Source: Clostridia bacterium | GTDB lineage: Bacteria; Bacillota; Clostridia; Christensenellales; CAG-138 | NCBI GenBank assembly: GCA_045603585.1 | Contig: JAZUMK010000027.1 | Location: forward strand, 17,422-81,421 | Direction of reading: 5' to 3' | Length of the DNA: 64,000 bases | Shown: positions 59,170-64,000 of the stretch, piece after piece | Position numbering within the stretch: the stretch's first letter is position 1 | How the letters are laid out: each line of letters begins with the position of its first letter | The notes under the pieces: model-generated | The model's database searches: none | Told to the model about the DNA's origin: nothing | What the model saw: the letters and a program-made list of their open reading frames with translations, nothing else | Position numbers and translations under genes: made by a program

Positions 59170-59422
59170 AAAATTGCGCCTCGTCCTAAGGGACGAAGGC
59201 CCATTCGTGGTACCACCCTAATTCACCCTGCCATCACAGGGCCTTTATCGCTGTATCGGGCTTACCCGGCCCCAACTACTCACCTTAAAACATCAGGCTT
59301 CACCGGGGCGGCTCAGGAGCGAACTTGTGCAGGATTTTCCCATAAGCCGCTTGCAGCATGCGCGGCTCTCTCTGAAATGGGATATGGCCCGCTTTTCTCC
59401 ATCATAGCCATAATTTCAATTT
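59170..59422 (-). promoter_or_regulatory. T-box riboswitch leader (Phe specifier UUC) controlling pheST
   Basis: Read on the minus strand. There is an AGAGA box (CAGAGAGAGCCG) and a UUC codon at 59323-59321 in a specifier-like context. The conserved T-box sequence AATTAGGGTGGTACCACGAATGG lies at 59223-59201. It overlaps the 5' arm of the terminator GCCTTCGTCC-CTTA-GGACGAGGC, which is followed by AATTTTAATTT. Confidence 0.9.
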
Positions 59423-59428
59423 TGATAT

Positions 59429-59457
59429 ATTTTAGCACATTCAGCCAAACTGTTCAA
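59429..59457 (-). promoter_or_regulatory. Putative sigma-A promoter of the pheST T-box leader (TTGAAC-N17-TGcTAAAAT)
   Basis: Minus strand -35 at 59457-59452 and extended -10 at 59437-59429. Confidence 0.6.
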
Positions 59458-59467
59458 TGGCTAATTT

Positions 59468-61078
59468 TTATTTAAGCCGCTGCTCCAGCTGATCTGCAAG
59501 GTCTGATACATTGTCCGCAAGGTCCGCTACCTTCGCGCTGTCGGATATGGCATCTATCAAAGCTACCATCAGCCGCTTCAGCTCTGCCTTTATGCCGGAC
59601 GCCTTGGAGGGCTTTGCGGCCTTGCCTGCGGCAGGCTTTACGAGCTTGGTTTCGGTGGCGTATACCTCTCCGCTTTCAAGGTCAAATTCCTCGAACATAC
59701 CGGGAACTTCCACATCATATCCCCGCTCCTCAAGCTTATCCTTAAGGGCATATATTGCGCTTTCTTCACCGTGAACGAGGAATACCTTTGCGGGCTTTTT
59801 ATCTATCTCATCCACCCATGTAAGCAGCTCGCGCTGATCCGCATGGCCGGAGAAGCCCTGAATGCGCTGAATGTCAGCATTTACCATGACCGGAACGCCC
59901 AGTATCTTTATCTTTTTGGCGCCATCGGTCAGCATGCGGCCGATTGTTCCAACGGCCTGATATCCGGCAAATACAACGGTAGTAGTTGCCTTAAACAGAT
60001 TATTCTTCAGATGATGACGTATGCGGCCTGCATCGCACATGCCTGATGCGGAAATTATGATATTGCAGCCCTTGGCTTCGTTTATGAGCTTGCTCTCGTC
60101 GGCGGTCTCCGCAACCTTGAGGGTATCAAATTCGAACAAATCGCCGCTTCGTGCAATAGCCTTTGTTTCGTCATCATAGCACTCCGCTCCGCAGGCAGCA
60201 TATACGCGTGTTGCCTTTATACCAAGGGGGCTGTCTATATATACAGGAATCTTTTCAAGGCCGGGAACGGTATTATTTACCAGCATCCGCTTGATATAGT
60301 AAAGCAGCTCCTGAGTGCGGCCAACCGCAAAAGCAGGTATAACAATATTGCCGCCCCTTGCAATACCGTTTTTCAATACGCGGGCAAACTCAGCTTCTTT
60401 TTCTTCATCGGTAGTAACTTCATGCACCCTGTCGCCATAGGTGCTTTCCATGATGAGATAGTCGGCTGCTTCGGGGCTTTCGGGGTCCTTTATGATGGGT
60501 CTGTCATCGCGGCCGATATCGCCGGAGAATACAAAGCGGGTGGTTTTTCCGCCTTCGGTCACCCATATTTCAATGGCAGAGGAGCCCAGCAGATGGCCAA
60601 CGTCGGTAAACCTGGCCTTTACGCCGGAACAAACGTCAACTATTTTACCGTAGCTGCTGGGTTTGAACTGCTTGAGGGTATTCTCAACATCCTGAGAGGT
60701 ATACAAAGGCTCCACAAGAGGCTTGCCGGCACGTTCATTCTTGCGGTTTTGGTATTCTGCATCCTGCTCCTGAATATGCGCGCTGTCAGGAAGCATTATG
60801 CCGCAAAGCTTTGAAGTGGCTTCTGTGGAAATGATGGGGCCTTTAAAGCCACGCTTTACCAGCAGAGGAACAAGACCGGTATGATCGATATGGGCATGGG
60901 TAAGCAAAAGCGCCTTAATATCGGCGGGAACAAAGGGAAATTCACCCTCGCCGTATTCGCTCTTTGCATCCGCACCCTGCCGCATACCGCAGTCAACAAG
61001 TATGCTGCCGCCTTCGAATGTAATCATATGGCAGGAGCCGGTTACCGCCTTCGCTGCGCCGCAGAATCTAAGCTTCAT
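59468..61078 (-). CDS. MBL-fold beta-CASP RNA-metabolising hydrolase (CPSF/RNase J-like)
   Basis: The metallo-beta-lactamase motif HAHIDHTG and the beta-CASP and RMMBL regions (GHAD near the C-terminus of the catalytic part) are present. A ~90-aa Lys/Ala-rich, helical C-terminal extension follows. I prefer ATG 61078 (MKLRFCGAAKAVTGSCH), which has GGAGG 10 nt upstream. Confidence 0.85.
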   Translation of the reverse strand: MKLRFCGAAKAVTGSCHMITFEGGSILVDCGMRQGADAKSEYGEGEFPFVPADIKALLLTHAHIDHTGLVPLLVKRGFKGPIISTEATSKLCGIMLPDSAHIQEQDAEYQNRKNERAGKPLVEPLYTSQDVENTLKQFKPSSYGKIVDVCSGVKARFTDVGHLLGSSAIEIWVTEGGKTTRFVFSGDIGRDDRPIIKDPESPEAADYLIMESTYGDRVHEVTTDEEKEAEFARVLKNGIARGGNIVIPAFAVGRTQELLYYIKRMLVNNTVPGLEKIPVYIDSPLGIKATRVYAACGAECYDDETKAIARSGDLFEFDTLKVAETADESKLINEAKGCNIIISASGMCDAGRIRHHLKNNLFKATTTVVFAGYQAVGTIGRMLTDGAKKIKILGVPVMVNADIQRIQGFSGHADQRELLTWVDEIDKKPAKVFLVHGEESAIYALKDKLEERGYDVEVPGMFEEFDLESGEVYATETKLVKPAAGKAAKPSKASGIKAELKRLMVALIDAISDSAKVADLADNVSDLADQLEQRLK

Positions 61079-61141
61079 AATACTTTTGCCTCCGTATAAA
61101 GAATATAGATCAGACATGTATATAGTGTTTTGACATTATAT

Positions 61142-61150
61142 ATTATACCA
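61142..61150 (-). promoter_or_regulatory. Extended -10 element TGgTATAAT upstream of the beta-CASP gene
   Basis: Minus strand TGG at 61150-61148 and TATAAT at 61147-61142. The -35 is weak. Confidence 0.45.
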
Positions 61151-61192
61151 CGTATATGAAAAATGAACACCCACCAGAACGTATATGTTGCC

Positions 61193-61230
61193 AAAAGTTC
61201 AAAATGGCGCTCCGCAATGGAACGCCATTT
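61193..61230 (-). terminator. Rho-independent terminator after the SEC-C protein gene
   Basis: Minus strand AATGGCGTTC-cattgcg-GAGCGCCATT (9 of 10 bp) followed by TTTGAACTTTTGG. Confidence 0.6.
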
Positions 61231-61242
61231 GTTTATGCTATA

Positions 61243-61746
<504 letters not shown>

Positions 61747-61868
61747 GTTAAATCTCCTGTATTAGTAAATTTTTGTTTTATTCCAACCAGTATAAAATCA
61801 CAAAACCCGATGCCCTGTCAAGGGAATATTTGATTTTGCGGCTTTTTATAACATTTTGTCAGCGTATA

Positions 61869-63125
61869 CTACCTGCGTTTCCTCTCTCTGTACTTCTCCA
61901 CCCAGCCCTCTTTATTCTGCTGGTGGCAGCGGGCCATGGCAAGAGCGCCGTCGGGTATATCCTCTGTTATTACAGAGCCTGCGCCCGTGTATACGTCATC
62001 TCCTACCTTTACCGGTGCGACCAAGGCAGTCTGGCAGCCCAGGAATACGTTATTGCCTACGGTTGTACGATGCTTTTTAAAGCCATCGTAATTTACAAAC
62101 ACCGTGCCGCATCCCATATTTACCTTTGAACCAACATCCGCATCACCCACATATGTAAGATGAGCAATGGAGGTCTTCTCGCCGACAGTGGAATTTTTCA
62201 CCTCTACAAAGTTGCCTATCTTGCATCCTGCGCCTATATGGCTGTTTGGCCTGAGCCGTACAAAGGGACCAACCTTTGCGCCGTCTGCAACTTCGGCTTC
62301 TATCGCCACAACGCCATCAATCATACAGCCGTTTCCGATTTTGCTGTTCTCGATTCGGCTGCCGCTGTAAATGGTACAGTCTTCGCCTATTACGGTATTT
62401 CCAAGAAGCTGAACGTTTGGATAAATCACAGTATCCATGCCGATTTTTACATCGGCATCAATATAGGCAGTATTGGGGTCTATAAAGGTAACGCCTCTGT
62501 TCATGTGTCCGGAATTGATCGCCCGGCGCATTATCTCGGAACAGCACCAAAGGTCCTCTCTGGTATCCACTTCAACGCCCTCGATCTCGGGAGCATATAC
62601 ATCCACAACCATTCGGCCGTCTGTACGAAGTTTGTTAACGCAGTCCTCGATGGTCTCCATTTCGCCTTCCAGACACTTCCGTATTGCCTTCAGCTCAAAG
62701 CAATATGCCGCCACGATAAGCGTAACATTCTCTGACAGGCATATCAGTCGGGCTGCATCAGCCTTCCTTGCGGCGGATACCAGAGCGGATACGGTCCCGT
62801 CCGAAATCAACGGCAGGTTGCCCGCTATTACCAGCACATAACCTTCCTTTGCAGATACTGCGGAAAGACCGGCCCTGAGGGCTTCTGCGGTGGAATTCTC
62901 TGGATTCTGATATACATAGCCGGAATCCTTGTCGAAATACTCCTTTACGGATTCTCCGTCAAATCCCAGAACTGTTATGGGGCGCTCGGATATGTTTCTC
63001 TGAACGCTGCGCATTACCCAGCCTATTACAGGCCTGCCGCAAAGATTGTGCATTACTTTCTGCCTGCGGGATACCATACGCCTGCCGTCTCCGGCAGCCA
63101 GCAAAATAGCGGTTACAGCTTTCAT
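61869..63125 (-). CDS. glmU: GlmU-like bifunctional UDP-N-acetylglucosamine pyrophosphorylase / glucosamine-1-phosphate N-acetyltransferase
   Basis: 418 aa with an N-terminal nucleotidyltransferase motif (LLAAGDGRRM) and a C-terminal left-handed beta-helix hexapeptide domain. It is somewhat shorter than typical GlmU. Confidence 0.8.
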   Translation of the reverse strand: MKAVTAILLAAGDGRRMVSRRQKVMHNLCGRPVIGWVMRSVQRNISERPITVLGFDGESVKEYFDKDSGYVYQNPENSTAEALRAGLSAVSAKEGYVLVIAGNLPLISDGTVSALVSAARKADAARLICLSENVTLIVAAYCFELKAIRKCLEGEMETIEDCVNKLRTDGRMVVDVYAPEIEGVEVDTREDLWCCSEIMRRAINSGHMNRGVTFIDPNTAYIDADVKIGMDTVIYPNVQLLGNTVIGEDCTIYSGSRIENSKIGNGCMIDGVVAIEAEVADGAKVGPFVRLRPNSHIGAGCKIGNFVEVKNSTVGEKTSIAHLTYVGDADVGSKVNMGCGTVFVNYDGFKKHRTTVGNNVFLGCQTALVAPVKVGDDVYTGAGSVITEDIPDGALAMARCHQQNKEGWVEKYRERKRR

Positions 63126-63161
63126 TTTCTCTGCTTCCTTTATCTTAAAATATGATTATAT

Positions 63162-64000
63162 TTACGGCTGGATCAGGCCGCTGAAATCATGGTCCACCTG
63201 AATTACACAGGCATATGTGGGGTCGGCCTCTTTTGCCCTTCGGCAGATAGTGTCCAGAAGTTCATGCTCTTTGGCTTCTCCGATTTCCAGCGGCACCACA
63301 ATATCAAATATGAGATTATTGCGCTTTTCGCCCGGCACCATTCGAAAATCATGAAATACCGTCTTGACAGGCAGCTCTGCCAAAATATTGCTTATAGCGT
63401 CCTTTGCCCTGCGTACCTTGGGATTATCCAGCTCGACAGGGTCCATGTGGATAGTAAGCAGCATGCCCATTTCTCTGCCCACTTCCAGCTCTATCCTGTC
63501 TATAAGCTCATGAAGCTCCAGCACATTTCCCCTGGCATCCACCTCGGCATGAGCTGTGGCAATTATGTTGCCGGGGCCATAGCTGTGGATAAGTATATCA
63601 TGGGTATCTATTACGCCGTCATATGCGGATATTCTGTCTGCAAGCGCTTTTACAAATTCCGGCTCAGGAGCTTCGCCCATAAGGGGGCTTATCGTTTCCT
63701 TGACCAGCTTGATGCCTGAATACAATACAAATGCCGCTACGGCAACTCCGATGTATCCATCAAGATTCACTTCAAAGAAATATGCCAGAACAGAAGAAAC
63801 AAGTATAGCGCCTGTGCTTATGCAATCCATAAGGCTGTCTGCCGTGGCTGCGCTCATGGTGGCGGAATCTATGCGCCTGCCAATGTTTGCGGTAAACATG
63901 CCCATCCACAGCTTAATCAGAATAGATGCTGCAAGGGCAAGCATTGAGGCAACAGTGAATTCGACCTCCACAGGATTAAGTATCTTCATGAAGGATTCCT
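63162..64000 (-). CDS. Cation diffusion facilitator family transporter (N-terminus beyond the right edge of the window)
   Basis: TM segments with DSLMDCIS and a C-terminal cytoplasmic CDF domain (HDILIHSYGPGN...HMDP). The frame stays open upstream of the listed ATG (63989) to base 64000. That ATG aligns with an internal position of CDF proteins. Confidence 0.85.
   Translation of the reverse strand, partial: ESFMKILNPVEVEFTVASMLALAASILIKLWMGMFTANIGRRIDSATMSAATADSLMDCISTGAILVSSVLAYFFEVNLDGYIGVAVAAFVLYSGIKLVKETISPLMGEAPEPEFVKALADRISAYDGVIDTHDILIHSYGPGNIIATAHAEVDARGNVLELHELIDRIELEVGREMGMLLTIHMDPVELDNPKVRRAKDAISNILAELPVKTVFHDFRMVPGEKRNNLIFDIVVPLEIGEAKEHELLDTICRRAKEADPTYACVIQVDHDFSGLIQP

Noticed and set aside
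61747-61868. Possible terminator or promoter between glmU and the SEC-C gene (CCCT-tgac-AGGG, TTGACA)
   Set aside because: The stem is only 4 bp with a weak U-tract, and the TTGACA has no properly spaced -10. The evidence is too weak to annotate either.

Overview
This window is 64 kb of core chromosome from a Firmicutes/Clostridia-type bacterium. GC is roughly 50% judged by eye, not computed. Gene content and order resemble Oscillospiraceae/Ruminococcaceae-like Clostridia. There are about 60 protein genes, mostly on the minus strand in long, tightly packed housekeeping operons. These are: rny (partial)-recA-cinA-pgsA-rimO-ftsK; an ispH::rpsA fusion with plsC-cmk-flavoprotein-rpiR-surE; yebC; udg; gerM-rdgB-phosphoesterase; rqcH; a tandem-OB protein next to a topo IV-like parE-parC pair; the classic yicC-remA-gmk-rpoZ-coaBC / priA-def-fmt-rsmB-rlmN-stp-prkC-rsgA-rpe block; pcrA-ligA-AIR-synthase-like; T-box-controlled pheST; a beta-CASP RNase; a SEC-C protein; glmU; and a CDF transporter (partial). 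Plus-strand islands carry the less conserved content: lysR + WG-repeat protein + rpmB, an ABC pair with no binding-protein gene + FAD oxidoreductase, ykvI, and a tRNA-Val/tRNA-Gln pair followed by a lower-GC beta-helix lipoprotein gene. I found no CRISPR array, IS element, integrase, prophage or recognisable defence or toxin-antitoxin system, and I cannot point to a clear multi-gene novel system. The signals I could not explain are: (1) a 191-nt foldable spacer inside the tRNA-Val/tRNA-Gln transcription unit; (2) an identical 18-nt palindromic element (TCGTACG-NN-CGTACGA) in two unrelated intercistronic gaps; (3) a tandem-OB SSB-like protein without the SSB acidic tail beside the topo IV-like genes; (4) a 63-aa basic/hydrophobic ORF with a strong SD and an in-frame 12-nt tandem duplication, divergent from the ABC operon; (5) the lower-GC lipoprotein gene bracketed by short direct repeats next to the tRNAs. 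All calls come from reading the translations and sequence by eye. No database search was run.
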